From the IMG/VR virus record IMGVR_UViG_3300046674_000532: a stretch of 64,000 nt of DNA. One strand, 5' to 3'. Position 1 is the first letter of the stretch. The number at the start of each line of letters is the position of its first letter. The notes under the pieces are model-generated. The model had not been told where the DNA came from and ran no database searches. It was given only the letters and a program-made list of their open reading frames with translations. The stretch comes from a virus. Both the position numbers and the translations under genes were made by a program. This document shows, in pieces, positions 24,990-32,539 of the stretch.

Positions 24990-25958
24990 ATGCTCATTTC
25001 GCCCCGCCCGGGCACCGACCGGGACAACCTCCTCCAGACCCTGCGGTCCGTGCACACCAGCGCCTCCAACGAGCACGGCCGCGGCTACGACAACGCCTAC
25101 AAGCGGCTGCTGGGATATCTGGAGTGGGCGATGGGCGCAGCCCGGCTGCTGCGCAACCAGATCAGCACCGAGGACCTGCACGCCTTGGTACTGACGAAGG
25201 GCCACGACACCCTGCTGAACGGCATCGGCGACCTCGAGGGTTCACGACGGGAACGCCTGGTGAACCTGCTTGTCGACCAAGAACTCGCCGAGCGCACCGA
25301 GGCACTCGAGGCCACAGTCAACCTGCTCCAATCACTGAGGCACCGCTGGCCAGGACACGAACGGTTCGTTGTCGCCGACCCCAGCTTCTACATCCAGAAC
25401 GAGATCAAGCTGGCCGACGTCGACCTGCACCAGGTGCTCGGCATCCGGGAAGAGGCCTTCATCCGGCTGCTGTTCCCCATCGTGGTGGTCGACGAGCTCG
25501 ACGGGCTGAAGGACGCGGGCAAGCCGCGGCCCCGGTGGAGGGCAGCCCACACACTCGGCCTCCTCGACGGGGTCCTGAACGGCGACACCGAAGGTGTTCT
25601 GCACCCCGGAACCTACGACCCCAGCAACGGGGAGACCCTGGGTAAAGTCATCGTGGAAATCGTCCTCGATCCTCCCGGGCATGTCCGCCTACCGCTGGCC
25701 GACGACGAGATCGTCGACCGGGCGGTCGTCCTCCAAGCCCTCGGCGGCCGCGACGTACGTCTGCTGACGTGCGACACCAGCCAGCACACCCGCGGCTGCG
25801 CGGCCGGCCTGCAGGTGACGAAGGTCGCGACGAAAGACCCCGGCCCCGAGCCCGACTGGGAGGCCGAGGGCAAGCCGGGGACCGGCGTACGGGCGCAGCG
25901 CCGCGCCAGGCAGGAAGCCAGGAACGGCAGTTCCGCCGAGGCGCCCGCGAACTCATGA
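24990..25958 (+). CDS. PIN-domain nuclease with an N-terminal helical domain (322 aa)
   Basis: Four acidic positions in PIN order: FVVADPSF, VVVDELDGL, DDEIVDRAV, LLTCDTSQ. The 3' end overlaps the recombinase 3' end by 6 nt (convergent). Confidence 0.65.
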   Translation: MLISPRPGTDRDNLLQTLRSVHTSASNEHGRGYDNAYKRLLGYLEWAMGAARLLRNQISTEDLHALVLTKGHDTLLNGIGDLEGSRRERLVNLLVDQELAERTEALEATVNLLQSLRHRWPGHERFVVADPSFYIQNEIKLADVDLHQVLGIREEAFIRLLFPIVVVDELDGLKDAGKPRPRWRAAHTLGLLDGVLNGDTEGVLHPGTYDPSNGETLGKVIVEIVLDPPGHVRLPLADDEIVDRAVVLQALGGRDVRLLTCDTSQHTRGCAAGLQVTKVATKDPGPEPDWEAEGKPGTGVRAQRRARQEARNGSSAEAPANS

Positions 25959-27101
25959 CCCGGCAGGCCCGGCCTCCTTGACGGCTGCCTTCCCGATCTG
26001 CGCGAGCGGGTTGTTCTCGCCCTGGGCGTCGTCCTCGTCTACGTAGCCGATCAGCGCTTTGGACTGGTCGTCCCAGCCGCCGTGCCGGCCGATCTGCACG
26101 ATGTCGACGCCCGCGGTCCGGGCCGACTTCACGAAGCCGCGGCGGGAGGAGTGGGAGCGCCACCGGCCCGGCAGCCCGGTCCGCTCGATGGACCGCTGGA
26201 TGACGTCGGAGGCGGCCTCGGTCGTCAGCCGTCCGTCCTCGGCGCCGATAGGCTCACCGCCACGCTGCATCTCCGGGTTGAGGTAGCCCCAGCGGTCCAT
26301 GCGCAGGAACAGGGGGCCCACGGTGTGTCCGTTGTCGGCGAGGGCGGCAACCAGGGCGCGGACCGCGCGGACGGCGCACAGGTCGGGTTCGGGGTCGAGC
26401 GGAATGTCGGGGGTCTGCCACATCTTGCGCTTCTTGCGGTAGACGCGGACCTGCAGACCGCCGTCGGGGAGATCGGTGAAGCTGTCCGGCCAGTTCAGCG
26501 GCACGAGTTCGCTGCCGCGCGAGGCCAGCGCGTGACCGAGCAGCATCAGGGCGGCGTCCCGCTTCCCTGCCAGGGTGGTGCGGTCCAGCTCACCGAGCGC
26601 GGTGCGCAGGACGGTCCGGTCGGCGGGGCTCGCCTTCTGCGGGCGGGCGGCCGGGTCCTGGGCGAGGGCGAGCTGCTCGCGGTAGCCGGCCACGACCTTC
26701 CGGGCGCCCATGGTGTCCGGGGGCCGGTACCCGGCGGCCCGGTGGGAGGAGCGGATGGACGCGATGACGCGGTCCATCGTGTTCGGTCCGTACGGGCGTC
26801 CGGTGCGCGGCCGCGGAGTGCGCTTCAGGTAGGAGAGGTACTCGGTGACGGTCTGCGGCGCAGCCGGCAGCGGGCGGCGGCCGACGGACAGGCACCATGC
26901 GGTGAAGCGGTCCATGTCGCCCTTGTACGCCTTGGTGGTCTCCTCCGGGATTCCGGCCTTGACATCCTGCTGGGCTTCCTCGGACAGCCAGGCGTCCGGG
27001 TCCTCTTCCGTCAACGGGACGGCGGGGGCCCGGTCTTCGGGGATGGCGGGCAGCCGGTCGTCGACCAGCTCCGCGTCGACCACCTCGTCGCGCATGCTCA
27101 C
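25953..27101 (-). CDS. Tyrosine recombinase (integrase or plasmid dimer resolvase)
   Basis: Catalytic set present: ALASRGSELVPL (Arg), WRSHSSRRGF (HxxR), GRHGGW (Trp), ALIGYVDE (Tyr). The N-terminal SAM-like domain includes TVTEYLSYL. Confidence 0.9.
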   Translation of the reverse strand: MSMRDEVVDAELVDDRLPAIPEDRAPAVPLTEEDPDAWLSEEAQQDVKAGIPEETTKAYKGDMDRFTAWCLSVGRRPLPAAPQTVTEYLSYLKRTPRPRTGRPYGPNTMDRVIASIRSSHRAAGYRPPDTMGARKVVAGYREQLALAQDPAARPQKASPADRTVLRTALGELDRTTLAGKRDAALMLLGHALASRGSELVPLNWPDSFTDLPDGGLQVRVYRKKRKMWQTPDIPLDPEPDLCAVRAVRALVAALADNGHTVGPLFLRMDRWGYLNPEMQRGGEPIGAEDGRLTTEAASDVIQRSIERTGLPGRWRSHSSRRGFVKSARTAGVDIVQIGRHGGWDDQSKALIGYVDEDDAQGENNPLAQIGKAAVKEAGPAGS

Positions 27102-27493
27102 GGCCGCCAGTTCTCCTTGTAGTCCTGGTGCGTGGCGTACTCCAGCGCGTGCAGTTTGATGACGTCCATGTAAGCGACGGTGGCCACCTGGGAGTTGTCG
27201 TGGTCCCAGTTCATCTCCTTGCCGCGGAGGGTCTGGCCCAGTGCGGCTTCGAACATGTCCAGGGTGGCTTCGATCGCGTCCAGGTGAGCTTTGAAGCGTC
27301 CCAAGGGGACGAGGGCTGTCGTGCCGCCGCCGGTGCCGATCTGGTGCTGTGCCCCTGTGATGACCGGACAGTGCACGGCGTCCAGCGTGCTACGGTCGTC
27401 GGCGATGCGTTTCCGGAGGAAGGTGGTGAGGTCGTCCACCGCGGGTGGGCCGGACGCGGCAATGACGCGGTGGGCGATTTCGGCCTCGTTCAC
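27098..27493 (-). CDS. Hypothetical protein (131 aa), co-transcribed with the recombinase
   Basis: GTG at 27493 has GGGGAG 6 nt upstream. The stop overlaps the recombinase start (ATGA). Confidence 0.55.
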   Translation of the reverse strand: MNEAEIAHRVIAASGPPAVDDLTTFLRKRIADDRSTLDAVHCPVITGAQHQIGTGGGTTALVPLGRFKAHLDAIEATLDMFEAALGQTLRGKEMNWDHDNSQVATVAYMDVIKLHALEYATHQDYKENWRP

Positions 27494-27604
27494 GGGTGTC
27501 TCCCCTGCCTCGGATGATCGCTCTACAGAAGGAACATTACTTGGAGCCAGCGTGCGCATTGCCTCCGAAACAGCGATACCCCCGCACGGTGGCGGGGGTA
27601 TCGG

Positions 27605-27916
27605 CTAGGCGTTCCGAGTGATGCCGTACGGATCCCACGTCGGCTGGAAGTCGGAGTGCGTTGCCCACCGGCGAGCCACCAGCGCCAGGTAGTGGAACGG
27701 CATGGACGGGTCGTCGCCGTGCGAAAGTTCCGACTGTGCGACGCCCTTGATGTAGACGGCGAGGTCGAGAAGCGACTGGAAGGCCCTGCCTTCTTCCGAG
27801 TCGTACCGTGCAGCGTCGCGTAGCGGACCAACCCGGGCCTGGATGAAAGCGACGAGGGCGTCGATGTCTTCCTGCGAACGAGGCGGTTCAGGCGTGTACT
27901 CGGTCTGATCGGTCAC
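27605..27916 (-). CDS. Hypothetical protein (103 aa)
   Basis: Track ORF. GTG start with no RBS, and TAAGCT 8 nt upstream, so the transcript may be leaderless. Confidence 0.55.
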   Translation of the reverse strand: MTDQTEYTPEPPRSQEDIDALVAFIQARVGPLRDAARYDSEEGRAFQSLLDLAVYIKGVAQSELSHGDDPSMPFHYLALVARRWATHSDFQPTWDPYGITRNA

Positions 27917-28040
27917 GGCATGTGAGCTTATCGGGAACCAGAGCGCGTGATCCCGGCGCCGAACTACTAGTCCGGGACGAAATGGGAGACCAGTAGTAGT
28001 TCTGGGAGATGACTGACCGTTTCGATCAGTTCGATTTTTC

Positions 28041-28075
28041 GTCAGGAACGATCCTAAGCGCGGACCGTTCCTGAC
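28041..28075 (-). terminator. 10-bp inverted repeat GTCAGGAACG / CGTTCCTGAC downstream of the 28094..28519 gene
   Basis: 15-nt loop. It lies 19 nt after the stop. The adjacent T5 run is on the wrong side for a canonical intrinsic terminator on the minus strand. Confidence 0.4.
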
Positions 28076-28093
28076 GACCTGCTCCTTCGACGT

Positions 28094-28519
28094 TCAGGAC
28101 GGACGTCCCATCGTCCAGCCCTGAACTTCCTGAACCCGGACCCGCCACAACGGCGACTCCATGCCCTGAACGACGTCACCGTCCAACGTCCCCCGGTAGT
28201 TCGTGACCACCCGCGCGTTCTTCAGGTGTGCGAAGTACAGCGGGTCCTCGTCCCCCCGGGGACCGGTCTCCTCGCTGACGCTCTTCAGGAACTTGCCCAC
28301 CAGGTCGGCGCCGTCGCCGACCTCCGCCATCCACCTCTCGAAGGCGGCCACCCACTGGTCATGACCGATCAGGTCACCGCACACCAGCGTTCCCCCGACC
28401 AGGAGGCTGACCGAAATGGAAGCCTGCTTTTGGTCCTCCAAGTCCAGGAACTCCAACAGCGCGTCAAAGTAGAGGTCCCGGTACGCGCCCACGGCCGGCT
28501 GAGAGGTCTTTTCACTCAT
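28094..28519 (-). CDS. Hypothetical protein, GvpU-like pattern (141 aa)
   Basis: Clean ORF with lower GC3 than its neighbours. ISVSLLVGGTLVCGDLIG...YFAHLKNARV...WRVRVQEVQGW resembles my recollection of gas-vesicle accessory protein GvpU. The function call is weak. Confidence 0.5.
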   Translation of the reverse strand: MSEKTSQPAVGAYRDLYFDALLEFLDLEDQKQASISVSLLVGGTLVCGDLIGHDQWVAAFERWMAEVGDGADLVGKFLKSVSEETGPRGDEDPLYFAHLKNARVVTNYRGTLDGDVVQGMESPLWRVRVQEVQGWTMGRPS

Positions 28520-28615
28520 TGTGCTTCCCCGCTGTGCAGAGTCCCGGCGGGCCCTGTGCCCCCAGCCGACTCGGATGCATCAACGGTATCCCGCCCCACT
28601 GACAACGCGGCGTAG

Positions 28616-28774
28616 CTACTTCTTCGCCTGCAGCGCGAGGACGGGGGCGTGGCAGAGGACGCAGAGCGGGCTCGCCTTCTCGCCGTACCTTCGGGTGGGG
28701 TGGCCGCAGCCCGCGCACGGGCCGACCTGGGCGGGCGCGCACGTGGGCATAGGCGGAGCGGGAGGACTGGTCAT
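28616..28774 (-). CDS. Possible small zinc-ribbon protein (52 aa)
   Basis: Not in the track (under 60 aa). MTSPPAPPMPTCAPAQVGPCAGCGHPTRRYGEKASPLCVLCHAPVLALQAKK, GC3-rich, with CxxC...CxxC. The RBS is weak. Confidence 0.4.
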   Translation of the reverse strand: MTSPPAPPMPTCAPAQVGPCAGCGHPTRRYGEKASPLCVLCHAPVLALQAKK

Positions 28775-28790
28775 GCCGGGATCATCTCAC

Positions 28791-29069
28791 TCACCGGTCC
28801 TCGATCTTCAGATAGATCGACCGCTCAGCGATCAGCCCGCTGGTGGTGGTGATCTGGCAGACCACCGCGCTGACGTCACCGAGCGCCCCGCCTGATACCC
28901 GCTGGGTGACGACAGAACCGTTCACCACCGGTGCCCCGACAGCCGTGAGCCCATCATTCGCAACGACCGTTGCTTCGCTGATGGTGTCGCCTACTTCCGC
29001 GAGCCAGAGCGTCCAGTCCCAGGTGTAGTCCAGCAGCTCGGAGGGGTCTTTGGCGAAGGTGGTGGACAT
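28791..29069 (-). CDS. Hypothetical tail-associated protein (92 aa)
   Basis: Track ORF with an ATG start, lying 3 nt after the fibre gene stop. Beta-rich. Confidence 0.55.
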   Translation of the reverse strand: MSTTFAKDPSELLDYTWDWTLWLAEVGDTISEATVVANDGLTAVGAPVVNGSVVTQRVSGGALGDVSAVVCQITTTSGLIAERSIYLKIEDR

Positions 29070-29071
29070 GC

Positions 29072-30322
29072 CTACCTCACTGTCAGGGTGCGGTGCTCGG
29101 CGGGGACGACCATCCGTCGGCGCTCGGCGGGGACGGCGACCAGCCGGTCCTCGGCGGGGATCTGGACGGTGCGCTGGGGACTGGGCACGACGGTGCTTTG
29201 CCTGGCGATCGGGCGTGCCGTGGAGACGTCGATGGCCGGCGTCAGGGTGGCGGTCTTGAAGCCGGTGAGCGGTAGCGCCGTCTCGATCACGCTGGCGGTG
29301 GACAGCGTCACGACCGGGGCGGCCGGGGTGAGCGGTTGCGCTGCCTCGACCTCGCCGGCAATCCCGAGAGCGGCTGTCTTTTCCCCGGCGACGGGCTGGG
29401 CGGTGCTCTCCTCCGTGGCGGGCGGGAGGGCGGCGCTCTTGGCGCCGGTGAGGTCCTGCGCCGATGCGGCTTCGACCGCGGTGGGGAGCGCGAGCGACCG
29501 GGTGCCCGTGAGTGCTTGCCCGGCCTCGGTGGCTGTGGCAGTGCTGAGTTCGCTCGTCTTGCTGCCGGTCGGGATCTGCGCCGTCTCCACGACGGTGGCC
29601 ACGCCCAGCGTTGCCGTCTTGACGCCAGTGAGGGGCTGGGCCGTCTCCAGTACAGAACCTGGGCCAAGCGTTGCCGTCTTGGTGCCGGTGAGGGCCTGGG
29701 CCGTCTCCACCGCAGCGCCTGCGCTGAGGCTGGTGGTCTTCGCCCCGGTGAGCGCTTGGGCGGCTTCGGATGCGCTGGCCAGCGTGAGGGAACTGGTCGT
29801 TCCCGTGGTCACGTCGGCTGCGGAGAAATCATCGAAGCGGAGCGCGGACACGGACTCGGCTCGGATACCGACGCTCGTTCCGGTGGCCACGTTGGTGTCC
29901 GTGACGCTGACCCTCTGGACACCGTTGACAAAGCCCTTGATCGTCGTGCCGACGACCTGGAGCTTGGCGACGTCGCCCGAGACGGCCGCTGCGGCGTAGC
30001 TGCCGATGCTGATGAACGAGCCGCCGACGACCGCGAACAAGGTCCAGTTCGAGCCGTCATTACGCCACAAATAGCCGCTCGTGATGTTGCTGTTGCCTCT
30101 GCACCATATGCCGTGGCTGACTGCTGCGGTGACAGCGATCGTCGTCTGCACGTAGTGGTCGTTGCTGGCCATCGCTCCGGCGGCGCGGAGGATGATGGTG
30201 CCGCCGGCCGAGCCCGAAGACAGTCGGTTGGAGACGATCGACCAGTCCCCCGACACCTCGACCCAGCCGGCGCCCAGGCTGGAGCTGTCCGACCGGTTGA
30301 AGTCGTCGGTGAAGGTGGTCAC
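29072..30322 (-). CDS. Tail fibre-like protein: LamG/concanavalin-like N-domain plus about ten 20-aa tandem repeats
   Basis: N-terminus FTDDFNRSDSSSLGAGWVEVSGDWSIVSNRL is LamG-like. The repeats follow the pattern (A/T)TL....V.ETAQ.LTG.KT. The C-terminus has three short VPAE(D/R/H)R repeats. Confidence 0.7.
   Translation of the reverse strand: MTTFTDDFNRSDSSSLGAGWVEVSGDWSIVSNRLSSGSAGGTIILRAAGAMASNDHYVQTTIAVTAAVSHGIWCRGNSNITSGYLWRNDGSNWTLFAVVGGSFISIGSYAAAAVSGDVAKLQVVGTTIKGFVNGVQRVSVTDTNVATGTSVGIRAESVSALRFDDFSAADVTTGTTSSLTLASASEAAQALTGAKTTSLSAGAAVETAQALTGTKTATLGPGSVLETAQPLTGVKTATLGVATVVETAQIPTGSKTSELSTATATEAGQALTGTRSLALPTAVEAASAQDLTGAKSAALPPATEESTAQPVAGEKTAALGIAGEVEAAQPLTPAAPVVTLSTASVIETALPLTGFKTATLTPAIDVSTARPIARQSTVVPSPQRTVQIPAEDRLVAVPAERRRMVVPAEHRTLTVR
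29190..29794 (-). repeat. About 10 x 60-nt in-frame tandem repeats (20-aa units) inside the fibre gene
   Basis: Units counted by eye in the translation: SSLTLASASEAAQALTGAKT / TSLSAGAAVETAQALTGTKT / ATLGPGSVLETAQPLTGVKT ... The boundaries are approximate. Confidence 0.7.
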
Positions 30323-30325
30323 GGG

Positions 30326-30775
30326 CTATGCCGCCGAGGTGACCCGCGCGAAGTCCGCGACCGTCAGGGTGAAGTTGTTGCCGTCCGGGGTGAGGGTCAC
30401 GTCGTGGAGGCTCAGCGGCACGATGCTGGAGTCGGTCCCCGTGGTCGTGTCCGGGTCGAAGCAGATCAGCAGCTTCGAGATCGCGTTGCCCGAGGCCGCG
30501 GTCCACGTCTGGTCGGCGAAGTCCAGGGCGAGCCGGTCATTCGTGTCGTCGACGGTGGCAGTGCAGGCGGTAACCGTCTTCCTGCCCATGGTCGTCTGCT
30601 CGTTGGTGGTGCCGGACAGGAACGCTGCGAGGTCGTCTTTGTCGCGCAGGACCGAGTCCGTTTCCAGGCCCGAGGTTTCGATGGGGACGAGGATGAGTGC
30701 GGCGTTTCCGACGCCGACCTGTTCGGCGTACCGCTTCAGGTAGCCGAGCGCGATGTTCAGGACGATGTTGGCCAT
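30326..30775 (-). CDS. Hypothetical tail-region protein (149 aa)
   Basis: Track ORF 30326..30931 trimmed to the ATG at 30775 (MANIVLNIALGYLK...). Confidence 0.55.
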   Translation of the reverse strand: MANIVLNIALGYLKRYAEQVGVGNAALILVPIETSGLETDSVLRDKDDLAAFLSGTTNEQTTMGRKTVTACTATVDDTNDRLALDFADQTWTAASGNAISKLLICFDPDTTTGTDSSIVPLSLHDVTLTPDGNNFTLTVADFARVTSAA

Positions 30776-30807
30776 GGTCACTCCAGTTCTTGCGGGTCGA
30801 TGCGGCG

Positions 30808-31131
30808 TTACGGGCTTGGGGCCGAGGAGGTCGACGGGGTCGGGGTGGGAACGGTGGCGCAGATCTTGTCGGCGGCCGTACGGACGGCGCCGGACAGCTT
30901 CGCCTGGGCGTCGTCGCGCATTACCGCCCACAGGGCGCAGGTGAGTTGCTGCTGGTCGGTGCGCTGGGCGAGGCCGGTGGTCTGCCCGGATCGCAGGGTG
31001 GCGAGGCGGTCCTGGGCGCGGGAGTTCTGCCAGATCAGTAGGACGGCCAGGATGAGCATGGTGGCCAGCACGACAGCGATGACGGGGGTGGTGTCATGCC
31101 GGGGGCGGCGCAGGGGAATCGGTGCGGCCAC
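30808..31131 (-). CDS. Single-pass membrane protein (107 aa)
   Basis: GTG start with GAGAGGAGG upstream. TM helix VIAVVLATMLILAVLLIW and a Pro/Thr/Ser-rich C-terminus. Confidence 0.55.
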   Translation of the reverse strand: MAAPIPLRRPRHDTTPVIAVVLATMLILAVLLIWQNSRAQDRLATLRSGQTTGLAQRTDQQQLTCALWAVMRDDAQAKLSGAVRTAADKICATVPTPTPSTSSAPSP

Positions 31132-31146
31132 GATGGCCTCCTCTCT

Positions 31147-31776
31147 TCAGGGGGCTATCAGGCCGAGGAGGCCGGACAGCAGGGACGTGTCGGTCGGGGT
31201 GGGGGATGCGGTCGGGGTGGGGCTGGTCGTGGGGGTGCGGCGGCAGACGAGGGTGTCGGGGTCGTCCGGGGCCGGTTGGAGGGTGTAGCCGTCGGGGCAG
31301 GTCTGGCCGTCCTTGCCGTCGGCGCCGTTGGATCCGTCCTGTCCGCTGGTGCCGTCGGTTCCCTTCGCGCCGTCTTGTCCTGCCGCTCCGGAGGAGCCGG
31401 CGGCGCCCGGCTGCCCGGTGGGGCCGGGTGAGCCGTCCGGTCCCGGAGCCCCAGCGGGTCCGGGCGGGCCGGGCACGGTGGACGTCGGCCCGGGGGAACC
31501 GGTGTCGCCCTTCTCGCCCGGTTCACCGGGAAGGCCCGGGGATCCGGTGGCGTCCTGGCCGGGCTTGCCGGACGGTCCGGCGACGGGGTCGCCGCCCAGT
31601 TCGCGTACCTGCGCTGCGAGGGCGTCACGGTCCTTGCGCGCTTCGTGGAGCGAGGCGGACAGGTCCCGCATCGTGACGACGATCCACCCCAGCACAGTGA
31701 TCAGTAAGGCGACGCCGACTACCCAGACCACGTCGGTACGCCGTTTGCGGCGCCTGGACGCCGGACTCTCCCTCAC
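31147..31776 (-). CDS. Membrane-anchored collagen-like (Gly-X-Y) repeat protein (209 aa)
   Basis: N-terminal TM helix VVWVVGVALLITVLGWIVV, a short coiled coil, then about 30 G-X-Y triplets (GPSGKPGQDATGSPGLPGEPGEKGDTGSPG...). Confidence 0.7.
   Translation of the reverse strand: MRESPASRRRKRRTDVVWVVGVALLITVLGWIVVTMRDLSASLHEARKDRDALAAQVRELGGDPVAGPSGKPGQDATGSPGLPGEPGEKGDTGSPGPTSTVPGPPGPAGAPGPDGSPGPTGQPGAAGSSGAAGQDGAKGTDGTSGQDGSNGADGKDGQTCPDGYTLQPAPDDPDTLVCRRTPTTSPTPTASPTPTDTSLLSGLLGLIAP
31303..31578 (-). repeat. Gly-X-Y collagen-like triplet region
   Basis: About 92 aa of near-continuous GXY with one interruption (PTSTVP). Coordinates derived from residue counts. Confidence 0.7.
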
Positions 31777-32117
31777 GATGACCCCTTACTGGCCAGGTAG
31801 ACCTGCAGAAGTAGGAGCAGGAGGGGGGCGACGAGAGCGGTCAGCATGAGCCGTTTGTCGCCTGCTCTACGGGTTTCCAACTCGCGCTGCTCTGTCTGCT
31901 TCTGCTGCGCTTCCCGCTCCCGGGCCTGCTCGATCGCGGCGATCCGAGCGACAGCGGCGGCGTGGCGGTCGTCCTGCGCCTGCTGCTGGAGGGCGAGCAG
32001 GCTGGTGTCGGCCTTGGTGTCCAGGCGCCCCGCGAGGGTGCGCATGTCCTCCTTGAGGTCGTCGAATCCGGCGTCGAGGCGACGAGCCAGCTCCCCGTTC
32101 GTTGGCTCGTCGCCCAC
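31773..32117 (-). CDS. Coiled-coil protein with a C-terminal TM anchor (114 aa); lysis-associated by position
   Basis: GTG at 32117 has TAGGAG 7 nt upstream. C-terminal helix LMLTALVAPLLLLLLQVYL. Confidence 0.55.
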   Translation of the reverse strand: MGDEPTNGELARRLDAGFDDLKEDMRTLAGRLDTKADTSLLALQQQAQDDRHAAAVARIAAIEQAREREAQQKQTEQRELETRRAGDKRLMLTALVAPLLLLLLQVYLASKGSS

Positions 32118-32134
32118 GGCAGCGGCTCCTAAAT

Positions 32135-32497
32135 TCAGGCCTGCACCGACCGCACGGCGGCGGCCGGAACGGGGGCGGTGACCTGGGTGCGGTCCCACAT
32201 GCCGACGACGATGGTGACTGCGGTCAGGACGACGGCCTGCTTCTCCGAGGACCAGTCCAGGCCGAGGCCGACGGCCAGGGCGAGGGCGGCCTGCGCGAAG
32301 CCGATCAGCGCGGCGCCGACGGCGTCGTGGGCGATGAGGGCGACCAGAACGCCGACGGCGGCCGCAGCCGCGCCGTTGACCCAAGCCTGGGTGTCGGCGG
32401 AGGCGTCCCAGCCGAACGCGGCGGACAGCTTCACGCAGATCGCAACGAGGGCCAGGATGGCGGCGGGCTCACGCCCGAGGATCTTTACCGGGGACAC
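32135..32497 (-). CDS. Holin-like multi-TM membrane protein (120 aa)
   Basis: GTG start with AAGGAGA 5 nt upstream. Three to four hydrophobic helices. Immediately downstream of the endolysin. Confidence 0.65.
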   Translation of the reverse strand: MSPVKILGREPAAILALVAICVKLSAAFGWDASADTQAWVNGAAAAAVGVLVALIAHDAVGAALIGFAQAALALAVGLGLDWSSEKQAVVLTAVTIVVGMWDRTQVTAPVPAAAVRSVQA

Positions 32498-32539
32498 GAC
32501 GGTCTCCTTCTGGAGGGATGGGGTGGGGCGGGGGGTGGG

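Noticed and set aside
29190-29794. Periodic 60-nt repeats that could superficially suggest a CRISPR-like array.
   Set aside because: The repeats are contiguous with no unique spacers. They are in frame inside a clean 416-aa ORF and are conserved at the protein level (ETAQ.LTG.KT). No cas genes are present.
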